Source of the DNA: an uncultured virus (IMG/VR IMGVR_UViG_3300028840_003545)
Lineage: Duplodnaviria > Heunggongvirae > Uroviricota > Caudoviricetes
IMG/VR virus record: IMGVR_UViG_3300028840_003545
Length of the DNA stretch: 64,000 nt
Reading direction: 5' to 3' (one strand)
Shown: positions 27,688-37,554 of the stretch, piece by piece
Numbering within the stretch: position 1 is the stretch's first letter
Layout: each line of letters starts with the position of its first letter
Position numbers and translations under genes: made by a program
The notes under the pieces: model-generated
The model's database searches: none
What the model saw: the letters and a program-made list of their open reading frames with translations, nothing else
Told to the model about the DNA's origin: nothing

Positions 27688-28580
27688 AACAACTAAAAGC
27701 TATTTACAATAAACCGAATCCGCCATGGGCTGATAAAGCTGTTGAGGCTAATAGAACACGTATAGTTCGAGCTTTTGGTAAGAAAAGTTTGCCGGAGTTA
27801 GCGACTCCAACAGATAAAACTAAATATGTTGAATATGGTTGTGGACATTATGGTTGCGTGTATCCAACGCAGGAAATGGGTAAAGTATTAAAAATAACAT
27901 CTGATCCAACTGAAGTAGCTTTAGTTAAGTACATATTAAAGAATGGTTCAGCCAAAGAATATTTAAGTGGATTAGTTAGGTATTACAAAATTTTGAATCT
28001 TAATACTAGATATAGGAAAAGAGATGTTTATGCAATATTAAGAGAAGAGGCTTTCGATGTTGGAGCAATGACTGAAGATAAATTGTATCGAGAACAATCA
28101 AGAAAAATATCAGCATTTCTATGGTTTGCTAGACATGTTAGAGATATGTATGTCAAACATGGTAGCAAACCTGGATTCAATAATAAAGTAGACTTATCAT
28201 ATACAAGATGGAGAGATACTGTAGAATATAATAACAATAATTTAATTATTGGAGGATCAGAGTTTAGATATATTGATATGTACAGTCTTCGTAACAGTTG
28301 GAAAATACCAAGTTGGATAAAATCATCGGATAGAGCAGGATTTGCGTTAGTTGGAGCGTTAGCTGCTGCAGAGGATATAGCGCAAACTCCAGAGATAACA
28401 GACATTGGAGAGACTTTAATGTGGTTTCTTTGTAAAGGAAAGTTATTAGCTGATGTACATTTGAATAATATTGGAAAAGTTATCAGAGAAGAAAATTACA
28501 GAGAACCAATGTTTGTAATTACTGATCCTGGCCATGCTGTAGACGTAGTATCTCTTTATTCATACATTTGTGAGGAATAA
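27684..28580 (+). CDS. Protein kinase-like fold protein
   Basis: GCGHYGCVY (Gly loop), VLKIT (Lys), TE helix, DVHLNNIG (catalytic loop), ITDPG (DFG equivalent). Confidence 0.8.
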   Translation: MKQLKAIYNKPNPPWADKAVEANRTRIVRAFGKKSLPELATPTDKTKYVEYGCGHYGCVYPTQEMGKVLKITSDPTEVALVKYILKNGSAKEYLSGLVRYYKILNLNTRYRKRDVYAILREEAFDVGAMTEDKLYREQSRKISAFLWFARHVRDMYVKHGSKPGFNNKVDLSYTRWRDTVEYNNNNLIIGGSEFRYIDMYSLRNSWKIPSWIKSSDRAGFALVGALAAAEDIAQTPEITDIGETLMWFLCKGKLLADVHLNNIGKVIREENYREPMFVITDPGHAVDVVSLYSYICEE

Positions 28581-28582
28581 AA

Positions 28583-29863
28583 ATGAAATCGCTACCAGTT
28601 CTGTCATCAAATACGCAATTAGGTATTCAACAACAACTACGTAAACTTTACAAACGCATTGTAGAGTACAGTGGTATCATACCTGATTTGCGTTTCAACA
28701 ACACAAGTTATCAAGGATTGAGAAATTATCTCGATCCTATTCATCGCAGATGTGAGAAAGTAGAGTTTGGTGTAGGATCATACACACATGGTGCTACAGC
28801 TCTAACAGGAGCATATAGAGGAGGAGTATATAGTCCAATTCAAAATAGAATTTATATGGTTCCAGCAATTCAAGCGCCACAGCCGAATTGGCATTACTTA
28901 GACTGTAATACTGTTGAAGTTGTAGCTTATGCAAATGGTTTAGGTGTTCCCGCTCATATATGGGCATACACAGGAGGATGTTACAGTCCAACCCAGAATC
29001 GTATATATTTTGCTCCAAATGAGCAAGCTTTAGAGACTAATTGGCATTATATTGATTGTAATACAGGTGAAGTTGTAGCTTACGCGCATGGTTCAACTAC
29101 ACTTGTCAATTTTGCTTATCATGGATGTATATATAGTCCAACTCAAAATCGTATATATTTTATACCTAATGCCCAATCTGCTGAAACTAAGTGGCATTAC
29201 ATTGATTGTGATACAGGAGATGTAGTTGAATATGAACATGGACTAACAGTTCCATGGTTTGCTTATAATAGTGGAGTTTACAGTCCTACACAAAATCGTA
29301 TATACATGGTTCCAGATGGTCAAGCACCCTTGCCTATCTGGCATTACATTGATTGTGATACAGGTGATGTAGTAGAATATAATAACAATCTAACAGTTCC
29401 TGCTGATACATATGAAGGAGGTGTATACAGTCCGATTCAAAATAGAATATATTTTGTACCATACACCGGGGCGAATAAAGACACGTGGCATTACATTGAT
29501 TGTAATACAGGGGATGTTGTTATTTATAATGTAACGTCATCTTTACCTGAACAATTTGCATATGTTGGTGGTGTTTATAATCCTACGCAAAATAGAATAT
29601 ATTTAGTTCCATTTGGTCAATCTGATGAATCTACGTGGCATTACATTGATTGTAATACTGGAGAAGTTGTAGCTTATGAACATGGGGTTACGATAGTTGG
29701 GAATAATGCTTATTATGGGGGGATTTACAGTTCATCTCAAAATAGAATATATTTTATTCCAGCTTTTGAAGCTGACAAACCTGTTTGGCATTACATTCAA
29801 GATTATTCAGATGTTAAAGTAAGTAGAAGTTTAATGTCTGGACCAATGTTTAATAAACTGTGA
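28583..29863 (+). CDS. Seven-repeat beta-propeller paralog 5
   Basis: Same architecture as paralog 1. Confidence 0.85.
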   Translation: MKSLPVLSSNTQLGIQQQLRKLYKRIVEYSGIIPDLRFNNTSYQGLRNYLDPIHRRCEKVEFGVGSYTHGATALTGAYRGGVYSPIQNRIYMVPAIQAPQPNWHYLDCNTVEVVAYANGLGVPAHIWAYTGGCYSPTQNRIYFAPNEQALETNWHYIDCNTGEVVAYAHGSTTLVNFAYHGCIYSPTQNRIYFIPNAQSAETKWHYIDCDTGDVVEYEHGLTVPWFAYNSGVYSPTQNRIYMVPDGQAPLPIWHYIDCDTGDVVEYNNNLTVPADTYEGGVYSPIQNRIYFVPYTGANKDTWHYIDCNTGDVVIYNVTSSLPEQFAYVGGVYNPTQNRIYLVPFGQSDESTWHYIDCNTGEVVAYEHGVTIVGNNAYYGGIYSSSQNRIYFIPAFEADKPVWHYIQDYSDVKVSRSLMSGPMFNKL

Positions 29864-29872
29864 GGAATAAAA

Positions 29873-31135
29873 ATGAAATCGTTACCAGTTCTGTCATCAG
29901 ATACACAATTAGGTATTCAGCAACAACTACGTAAACTTTACAAACGCATTGTAGAGTATAGTGGTATCATACCTGATTTGCGTTTCAACAACACAAGTTA
30001 TCAAGGATTGAGAAATTATCTCGATCCTATTCATCGTAAATGTGAAAAAGTAGAGTTTGGGGTAGGGTCATATACTCACGGAGCTACTGTTTCCGAGTAT
30101 GCTTACATTGGTAGTGTTTACAGTCCAACTCAAAATAGGGTTTATTTTGTCCCATTTGCTCAAGGAAATCAAGCACAGTGGCATTATATTGACTGTAATA
30201 CAGGTGAAGTAGTAGCTTATACGCATGGGGCTACTGCTTCAAATGGAGCTTATTCTGGAGGTGTTTATAGTCCTACACAAAATAGGATATATTTTGTACC
30301 AGCTAATGAATCAAATGAATTACAATGGCATTATATTGATTGTAATACAGGTGAAGTAGTAGCTTATACGCATGGGGCTACAGCAGTTGACTATGCTTAT
30401 TCAGGAGGAGTTTATAGTCCTACACAAAATAGGATATATTTTGTACCAGATGGTCAAGCACCACAGGTTAATTGGCATTATATTGATTGTGATACCGGCG
30501 ATGTAGTAGCTTATATTAATGGTGCTTCTGTTAGTGGGGCGCTTGCTTATGTTGGAGGTGTTTATAGTCCTACACAAAATAGGATATATTTTGTTCCTGT
30601 TGGTCAGGCAGATGAGCCACAATGGCATTATATCGATTGTGATACAGGTGATGTAGTAGCTTACACTCATGGAGCAACAGCAGTTAATTATGCTTATGCA
30701 GGAGGTGCTTATAGTCCAGTACAAAATAGAATTTATTTCGCACCATCTCTTCAGTCTGTAGAGCCTCAATGGCATTACATTGATTGTGATACAGGAGATG
30801 TAGTAGCTTACACACATGGAGCTACAACACTTGAATATTACAGTTGTGTTTATAATCCTGTACAAAATAGGATATATCTTGTACCTTACGCTGCTGCTAC
30901 ACAATCTACATGGCATTATATTGATTGCAATACTGGTAATGTAGTAGCCTATGAACATGGAGTAACAGTAGGTACTAGCGCTTATATTGGAGGATTTTAC
31001 GTTCCTTCAATTAATAGAATATACTTAACCCCATATCGTCAAGCTGACGATCCTGTTTGGCATTACATTCAAGATTATTCAGATGTTGAAGTAAGTAGAA
31101 GTTTAATGTCTGGAGCATTATTCAATAAACTGTGA
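29873..31135 (+). CDS. Seven-repeat beta-propeller paralog 6
   Basis: Same architecture as paralog 1. Confidence 0.85.
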   Translation: MKSLPVLSSDTQLGIQQQLRKLYKRIVEYSGIIPDLRFNNTSYQGLRNYLDPIHRKCEKVEFGVGSYTHGATVSEYAYIGSVYSPTQNRVYFVPFAQGNQAQWHYIDCNTGEVVAYTHGATASNGAYSGGVYSPTQNRIYFVPANESNELQWHYIDCNTGEVVAYTHGATAVDYAYSGGVYSPTQNRIYFVPDGQAPQVNWHYIDCDTGDVVAYINGASVSGALAYVGGVYSPTQNRIYFVPVGQADEPQWHYIDCDTGDVVAYTHGATAVNYAYAGGAYSPVQNRIYFAPSLQSVEPQWHYIDCDTGDVVAYTHGATTLEYYSCVYNPVQNRIYLVPYAAATQSTWHYIDCNTGNVVAYEHGVTVGTSAYIGGFYVPSINRIYLTPYRQADDPVWHYIQDYSDVEVSRSLMSGALFNKL

Positions 31136-31142
31136 GGAATAA

Positions 31143-32411
31143 ATGAAATCGTTACCAGTTCTGTCATCAGATACACAATTAGGTATTCAACAACAACTAC
31201 GTAAACTTTATAAACGCATTGTAGAGTATAGTGGTATCATACCTGATTTGCGTTTCAACAACACAAGTTATCAAGGATTGAGAAATTATCTTGATCCTAT
31301 TCATCGTAAATGTGAAAAGGTTGAATTTGGAGTAGGGTCATATACTCACGGAGTTGGTGGTATTTCAAGCAATGCCTTTTCTGGAGGTGTGTACAGTCCG
31401 ACACAAAATAGGATATATTTAGTTCCAAATGGAGAAGCGGACGAAGCTAATTGGCATTATATTGATTGTAATACAGGTGAAGTTATAACTTATGCTCATG
31501 GATCTTCTGCTGTAAATTTTGGTTATAGTGGTGGTGTTTATTCACCTATCCAAAATAGAATTTATTTTATTCCAGCGGCTCAGTCTGATCAAGTAAATTG
31601 GCATTATGTAGATTGTAACACTGGAGATATCGTTGAATATGCTCATGGTTCTGGAGCCATTGGTTCATACGCTGGAGGAGTATATAGTCCAAGACAGAAT
31701 AGAATTTATATGGCACCTAATGGCGCTGCAGATGAAGCTAATTGGCATTACATTGATTGTGATACAGGTAATGTAGTTTCATACGCTCACGGAGCTGGAA
31801 CAGTTTTAAACGTTGCGTATGTTAGTGCTGTGTACAGTCCAACTCAAAATAGGATATATCTTGTTCCATTCGCACAATCAGATCAATCTTATTGGCATTA
31901 CATTGATTGTGATACAGGAGATGTGGTTGCATATACGCCAAATGTTACCTGTGTAAGTGGAGCGTATTCCGGTGGAGTTTATTCTCCAATTCAAAATAGA
32001 ATATATTTTGTTCCTAGATTTCAAGCTGATCAATCTCATTGGCATTATATTGATTGTAATACAGGTGATGTGGTTGCATATACGCCAAATGTTACTGTAC
32101 AGTCTGCTGGATACGTTAGCGGATCTTACAATCCTACTCAAGATAGAATTTATTTTACTCCATTTGCGCAGGCATCGCAACCACAGTGGCATTATATAGA
32201 TTGTAACACAGGAAATGTAATTGAGTACACAAATAATGTTACCTGTTTAGCTAATGGATATTTAGGATCTGTATATAGTCCGACACAGAATAAAATATAT
32301 TTATGTCCAGCAATACAATCAGATCAATCTGTTTGGCATTACATTCAAGATTATTCAGATGTTAAAGTAAGTAGAAGTTTAATGTCTGGAGCATTATTCA
32401 ATAAACTGTGA
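31143..32411 (+). CDS. Seven-repeat beta-propeller paralog 7
   Basis: Same architecture as paralog 1. Confidence 0.85.
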   Translation: MKSLPVLSSDTQLGIQQQLRKLYKRIVEYSGIIPDLRFNNTSYQGLRNYLDPIHRKCEKVEFGVGSYTHGVGGISSNAFSGGVYSPTQNRIYLVPNGEADEANWHYIDCNTGEVITYAHGSSAVNFGYSGGVYSPIQNRIYFIPAAQSDQVNWHYVDCNTGDIVEYAHGSGAIGSYAGGVYSPRQNRIYMAPNGAADEANWHYIDCDTGNVVSYAHGAGTVLNVAYVSAVYSPTQNRIYLVPFAQSDQSYWHYIDCDTGDVVAYTPNVTCVSGAYSGGVYSPIQNRIYFVPRFQADQSHWHYIDCNTGDVVAYTPNVTVQSAGYVSGSYNPTQDRIYFTPFAQASQPQWHYIDCNTGNVIEYTNNVTCLANGYLGSVYSPTQNKIYLCPAIQSDQSVWHYIQDYSDVKVSRSLMSGALFNKL

Positions 32412-32423
32412 TTGGTGATTAAG

Positions 32424-33254
32424 ATGACAATTAGTAAAAGACAAAGACGTTCTGCTAAATCAGCAACTGCTAACTATCCTGGTCTTTCAGGTGCTGTAAT
32501 TCCTAAAAGACGCGTCTCCAAAGCTGCATCTGTCGCCTCGACACCTACCCCTACAGAGGCAAATGTTGGGGTTGGAGCCGTGGATTCTGGAAGTTTAAGA
32601 CCAGCGCAGGATGACATAGAACCACCTAAGCCAGTTGGAGTAGATGGTGTCAAAGAAGAAGAAATTAAAACAGAGTCAGTTGGAGTAGATGGTGCTGAAA
32701 AAGCTAAAGAGATAGTAGAAAACGTTGTGGAGGATGTAGGAGTAGGAAGAGTAAATATTGATGATATGCAATTACCATCTCCCCCCGCTTATGCGGCACC
32801 CTCTGAAGATATGGGAGTAGGTGATACTTTTAGTGATATTGCACAAACTCATAGATTAATGATAAAGCGTTTTGATGCTCCACGTAGAGTTTATCATACT
32901 CCAACATGGAATAGTATGGTTGCTTTTGTAACTCATAAACAACCAGGAGCAGGAACATTTTATAATTCTCACACAACTTATGCAGAATGGTATACTGGTT
33001 TTTCCATAGCTGCTATGTATGATGATTTAGTTCTTTATTGGGGGTTGATTGTTAGAGGAGCACTGCCTTCTATTTGGCCTCAAGGTCCACTTCAAGCAAT
33101 AAATGAAGCTAAAGCTGCTGGAGTACACATTAGTAATAATGGTGTTTTGAATCCTGGTAAAGATTTTTACCAGTGGATGATTAACGGTAAGGTTAGAACC
33201 TGGATAGATGGATATCTCAAATCTACATATCCAGGTGGAATTGATATAGACTAA
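32424..33254 (+). CDS. Hypothetical protein with VGV-containing low-complexity N-half
   Basis: Repeated [VM]GV[GD] motifs, basic N-terminus. Confidence 0.65.
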   Translation: MTISKRQRRSAKSATANYPGLSGAVIPKRRVSKAASVASTPTPTEANVGVGAVDSGSLRPAQDDIEPPKPVGVDGVKEEEIKTESVGVDGAEKAKEIVENVVEDVGVGRVNIDDMQLPSPPAYAAPSEDMGVGDTFSDIAQTHRLMIKRFDAPRRVYHTPTWNSMVAFVTHKQPGAGTFYNSHTTYAEWYTGFSIAAMYDDLVLYWGLIVRGALPSIWPQGPLQAINEAKAAGVHISNNGVLNPGKDFYQWMINGKVRTWIDGYLKSTYPGGIDID

Positions 33255-33269
33255 TTAAATGAGGATAAA

Positions 33270-34541
33270 ATGAAATCGCTACCAGTTTTGTCATCAAATA
33301 CGCAATTAGGTATTCAACAACAGCTACGTAAACTTTATAAACGCATTGTAGAGTACAGTGGTATTATACCTGATTTGCGTTTTAACAATACTAGTTATCA
33401 AGGATTGAGAAATTATCTTGATCCTATACATCGCAAATGTGAGAAAGTAGAGTTTGGAGTAGGATCATATACACATGGTGCAATATTAAATGGTTCTTAT
33501 GAAGGAGCTGCTTATTCACCAACATTAAATAGAATATATTGGGCTCCGTATGGACAATCTGATCAAATTGATTGGCATTATCTAGATTGTAACACAGGTG
33601 AAGTTGTAGCTTACACACATGGCACTGGGGCAGTTAGTGATGCATACAGTGGAGCAGTTTATGATCCATTTAATAATAGAATATATTTTACTCCAAATGG
33701 ACAATCTGATCAAACTGATTGGCATTATTTAGATTGTAATACAGGTGAAGTTGTAGCTTACACACATGGCACTGGAATACTAACTAAATATGCATACGCT
33801 GGAGGTTGTTATCATCCAATATTAAATAGAATTTATTTTGCACCTACTGCTCAAGCTACAGAAGCGATTTGGCATTACATAGATTGTAATGATAGTTCTG
33901 TTGTTGCTTACAATAATAATATTTCTGATGTAGTAGCTTTTGCATATAATTCCATTGTATACAGTCCAACTCAAAATAGAATGTATTTATTACCATTGAT
34001 GCAAAGTTCTCAGGATAACTGGCATTATATTAATGAAAATGGAGATATTGTTTCATACGTAAATGGCACTGGTATAACAATTCCACTTGCTTATATAAAT
34101 GGTTCTTATAGTCCAGTAGATAATAGAATATATTTATCTCCATACAATCAAAGTGATCAATTGTATTGGCATTATATAGATTGCAATGATGGATCAGTAA
34201 AACCTTACACATCTGGATTAAATACTGTTTTATCAGCTTATGTTGGAGCGGTATATAATCCGGCATTAAATAGGATATATTTTATACCATCTGCTCAAGG
34301 TCGAGAATCAATTTGGCATTATTTTGATTGTAGTATAGATGAAGTTGTCGGATACAATCCTGGTTTAACTACAGTTTCACTTAATTCTTATAATGGAGGC
34401 TTTTATGATGTAGTAAATAATAGAATATGTATGACACCAGGAGGAGAATATAATGATCCAGAATGGCATTACATTCAGGATTACTCAGATATAAAAATTA
34501 GTAGGAATTTAGTAGCTGGATCGTTGTTTAATAGATACTAA
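33270..34541 (+). CDS. Seven-repeat beta-propeller paralog 8
   Basis: Same architecture as paralog 1; last gene of the + strand operon. Confidence 0.85.
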   Translation: MKSLPVLSSNTQLGIQQQLRKLYKRIVEYSGIIPDLRFNNTSYQGLRNYLDPIHRKCEKVEFGVGSYTHGAILNGSYEGAAYSPTLNRIYWAPYGQSDQIDWHYLDCNTGEVVAYTHGTGAVSDAYSGAVYDPFNNRIYFTPNGQSDQTDWHYLDCNTGEVVAYTHGTGILTKYAYAGGCYHPILNRIYFAPTAQATEAIWHYIDCNDSSVVAYNNNISDVVAFAYNSIVYSPTQNRMYLLPLMQSSQDNWHYINENGDIVSYVNGTGITIPLAYINGSYSPVDNRIYLSPYNQSDQLYWHYIDCNDGSVKPYTSGLNTVLSAYVGAVYNPALNRIYFIPSAQGRESIWHYFDCSIDEVVGYNPGLTTVSLNSYNGGFYDVVNNRICMTPGGEYNDPEWHYIQDYSDIKISRNLVAGSLFNRY

Positions 34542-34569
34542 GCAACAAGAAAGCTTGTCTATTATTGGT

Positions 34570-35076
34570 TTAACTAATCTTTTTTTTTCGCTTTTGCTTT
34601 TCCCGCCTCTTTCCTGCCTTCACGCTTTCCCGCAGTCCCTTCCACGGATCGAAGCCTTTAAACGGCTCTGCAGCCCCCGATAGCGAGGCTACGGGGGCTT
34701 GTGGGGCAAGTTTGGCTTCTATTTCATCAGGCCCACAGCAAAGCAGAGTCATACCTTTTGAGCGAGCTTCAAAAAAAGTATGAGCTATAACTTTGTCTGT
34801 CTTTATTTTTCTAGTTGCTTTCCATTTATTCCCACTCTTTATTACATGGATTTTATTAGAATCAAATTGTTTTTCTGCCTTTATTGTCGCTTGCTCTTCA
34901 GTTGCTGCATCTATTATAATTGATTCAATTTTAGTTACTATCCATTCTACATCACCAGTTGGAGGTGGCTCTATATCTATATCAAGTTCTTCTACAATTC
35001 TTCCAGATGGTAATCTTTTCTTAGTTTTATTAGGTGTATCTTTTTTTGTCATTATATCTTCTCCAACGGTTTGCAA
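34570..35076 (-). CDS. Hypothetical protein
   Basis: ORF, basic C-terminus; likely start at 35052. Confidence 0.6.
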   Translation of the reverse strand: MQTVGEDIMTKKDTPNKTKKRLPSGRIVEELDIDIEPPPTGDVEWIVTKIESIIIDAATEEQATIKAEKQFDSNKIHVIKSGNKWKATRKIKTDKVIAHTFFEARSKGMTLLCCGPDEIEAKLAPQAPVASLSGAAEPFKGFDPWKGLRESVKAGKRREKQKRKKKIS

Positions 35077-35160
35077 TTCTTTTGTACATGCGTTTTTGAG
35101 CAGGTGTTGCTCTTTTTAGAAGTTTTCCTTGGCGAGATATGCATATTTTATGTTGACTCA

Positions 35161-35421
35161 TTATGTTATAATTAGTTTTTCGAAGTTTTCTTCTGTATCT
35201 TCATGAAATGATGAATATGGATTATATGTTCCTGGTAATGTTGTTTTTATAAATGTTTTTATCAGTAACAATACCTGTAAAGTTGTTAGATTACTTTGCC
35301 ATTGTCTTTTGTATTCTTTCAGTTCTTCGAAGCATGTGCGACATAAATACCATTTGCCGTCTATACATATATCACACATTATATTTTCGCAGTTTTTTCT
35401 ACTACACGCTTTTACACCCAT
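35161..35421 (-). CDS. Small Cys-rich protein (paralog of 60331-60570)
   Basis: MGVKACSRKNCENIMC...YLCRTCFEEL. Confidence 0.65.
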   Translation of the reverse strand: MGVKACSRKNCENIMCDICIDGKWYLCRTCFEELKEYKRQWQSNLTTLQVLLLIKTFIKTTLPGTYNPYSSFHEDTEENFEKLIIT

Positions 35422-35431
35422 AATATCATCC

Positions 35432-35812
35432 TCATTTTAGTTCCGTATGTTTACTGTCATCTTGTGATTTAAAGTGAAATAATGGATGAGTGTTTTCTTC
35501 AAATTCTAACATCATCATATTAGCAGCGTCAACTAAACATTCTCCATTGCCAGTTGCATTGTATTCTACAATTTTTTCTATTGCATATCTTAGTCTATCA
35601 TATTGAGGTTTACCTTTACTTCCCATTGGTCCATATCTATACGAACCGAATAGAAGTCTTTTTCTCATGTATGATTCAAATTTGTATGACCATTCTTCAC
35701 CTATATTTACAGGTTTATTTAGTGAACGTTCTTTTAGTCCACATTTCCATCTCCAAAGATTACTGAAGAATGGTTTAATAGTTTCTAGAGTTTCACTTTT
35801 CATTTTTATCAA
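35432..35812 (-). CDS. Hypothetical protein, possible all-alpha NTP pyrophosphatase-like
   Basis: GSYRYG...LVDAANMMMLEF. Confidence 0.4.
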   Translation of the reverse strand: MIKMKSETLETIKPFFSNLWRWKCGLKERSLNKPVNIGEEWSYKFESYMRKRLLFGSYRYGPMGSKGKPQYDRLRYAIEKIVEYNATGNGECLVDAANMMMLEFEENTHPLFHFKSQDDSKHTELK

Positions 35813-36028
35813 ACTTGTTGTTTTTAGTTATTATTCCCATTGAATAGAGTAAGCAGTCTAGATGATAAGGCACTAATTTTTCGCCGTTGCTAGAAGTAAA
35901 TGGCAACATTACTCCTTTATCATATCTAGTGAACTTTTTACCACAATGAAAGCATTTTTCTTTAACTGGTATTTTTACTTGTTCTTTTGGTTGACATACA
36001 GGAGCGTTCCAGTCTTTACCGAACCATT

Positions 36029-36712
36029 TCATATCGTTCTCATTATTCTGTTAAACATATCTAGGCATCTACTTTTAGCTTCTTCTTCGCTTTTTGCAAT
36101 ACCGCTGTATGAAAAGTTGCCGTCGTTATCGTGTATTTGAATTTCTACAGAAACTGTAAAATATTCTTTACTTATATTTACAACTTGTATTACATATAAG
36201 ACTATTATACTAGGAATATCTCCTATCACAGTTCCAGCATGCAAGTTACCGTTTATACGATTCCACTCTATACTTATATTATCTTTTTCAACTGGTTGAG
36301 CATTTTTAAATTCTCCACAACACGATCTACATTGCCATACCCAATCATAGTTAGTATGTCGTCTGCAGTTGTGGTACACATCTAAGTGTTGTATTTTACA
36401 TTCATTACACCACACTCTAGTTACGATAAGAGGCTTATCCGGTTCGCTTAGATTTCTAATTGTAATTCTGTGATTAAGTATTTTGTGTTCGTTTAAGAAT
36501 TCCAGTGTCATATTAATCAGATTTTCAAATTGATCTGGATGTGGGATTATTTCAAGATATGGTATACCTTCTTCCTTTATATAAGATATATACTCATCAA
36601 CGTATTCATCTGTAAGACCGCATTCTTGTAGTGCTGTTATAACTGAACCTCTAAATAGTTTACGTAGCTTGTCTACACTTTCGTTATTAAGTGACATGAT
36701 ATTTACCTCCAC
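36029..36712 (-). CDS. Hypothetical protein with zinc ribbon
   Basis: CNEC...CRSC. Confidence 0.55.
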   Translation of the reverse strand: MEVNIMSLNNESVDKLRKLFRGSVITALQECGLTDEYVDEYISYIKEEGIPYLEIIPHPDQFENLINMTLEFLNEHKILNHRITIRNLSEPDKPLIVTRVWCNECKIQHLDVYHNCRRHTNYDWVWQCRSCCGEFKNAQPVEKDNISIEWNRINGNLHAGTVIGDIPSIIVLYVIQVVNISKEYFTVSVEIQIHDNDGNFSYSGIAKSEEEAKSRCLDMFNRIMRTI

Positions 36713-37053
36713 ATCTTAACTGTTGCTTTAGGATATCTTCTTGCTACAGCGTACATTGGTCCTAAAAAGTGTCTAACTAAGTCTTTCCTGCTACCCCAGC
36801 CGTTAGGAGGATTCATTTTATCGAAATGTTCTTTTTCTCTTACAAGACGACCGATAGCTGTTTTTAACATATGAATTATTTCTTCAGCTTTTTTACCTTC
36901 AGCAAGATCGTCGTCGAATCCTGCTTCATTCCACATTTTAGAGCAATTGTATGTAAAATTGAAGTCTGCGATAGTTTCTTTTTCGCGACCACAACAATCG
37001 CATGCATCAATTTCGAAATATATATCTAGTGACATTATAACCTCATGTGTCAA
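36703..37053 (-). CDS. Hypothetical phage protein
   Basis: MSLDIYF...NFTYNCSKMW...NPPNGWGS. Confidence 0.65.
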   Translation of the reverse strand: MTHEVIMSLDIYFEIDACDCCGREKETIADFNFTYNCSKMWNEAGFDDDLAEGKKAEEIIHMLKTAIGRLVREKEHFDKMNPPNGWGSRKDLVRHFLGPMYAVARRYPKATVKMWR

Positions 37054-37311
37054 CTATAGTTAGAATTGCTTTCAGCCACTTGTTACAGTTGTTATCTAGC
37101 TACAAGGAATCCTCGCCATTTAGCAGGAATTCCGAATTGTTTTTCATGAAGCTCATTTATAGTTTCTTTATGTTCTCTACAAGCGTACCAATTGTCACAT
37201 TTTCCACAGTAACATTGACTAATTGATGGTGCCATACATAAATAAATAAGTTCATCATCCAAGATAGGACCGTTACACATTGGGGTTTTACTAATTTTAG
37301 TCTTTCCCATA

Positions 37312-37554
37312 TTATCTTATTTCTTTTTTGATTATATCTAGTAATATTTTTGCTTCTTTTTTGATTGATGATGATACAAATTTACTTGTAGCGTATTTGT
37401 GTAGAATACTTTCTTCTTTATCTAACCTAGTCCTAAGCATGTTGCGTATTAACGCAACTGGATTTAGACCAGTAGCTTTCTCTAATACATCTACTATCTT
37501 TTTTTCTTTATCTGATAGCGGTACCCTTATACTATGTGGACGATCAATCGACAT
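37312..37554 (-). CDS. Ribbon-helix-helix-like DNA-binding protein
   Basis: SIRVPLSDKEKKIVDVLEKATGLNPVALIRNML. Confidence 0.5.
   Translation of the reverse strand: MSIDRPHSIRVPLSDKEKKIVDVLEKATGLNPVALIRNMLRTRLDKEESILHKYATSKFVSSSIKKEAKILLDIIKKEIR

Noticed and set aside
19006..34266. Antisense and alternative-frame ORFs within propeller genes (e.g. 19006-19356, 30401-30958)
   Set aside because: Shadow ORFs created by the repetitive sense-strand coding; no RBS or protein-like features.
18412..34541. CRISPR-like alternation of constant and variable DNA
   Set aside because: Repeats are degenerate at third codon positions, have a ~147-nt period and lie in frame inside long ORFs; no cas genes are seen.
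18412..34541. Diversity-generating retroelement or shufflon as the diversifier
   Set aside because: No reverse transcriptase or non-coding template repeat in the window, and variation includes indels. All cassettes are full-length, co-oriented and have their own RBS, so inversion shuffling does not fit. An RT elsewhere in the genome cannot be excluded.
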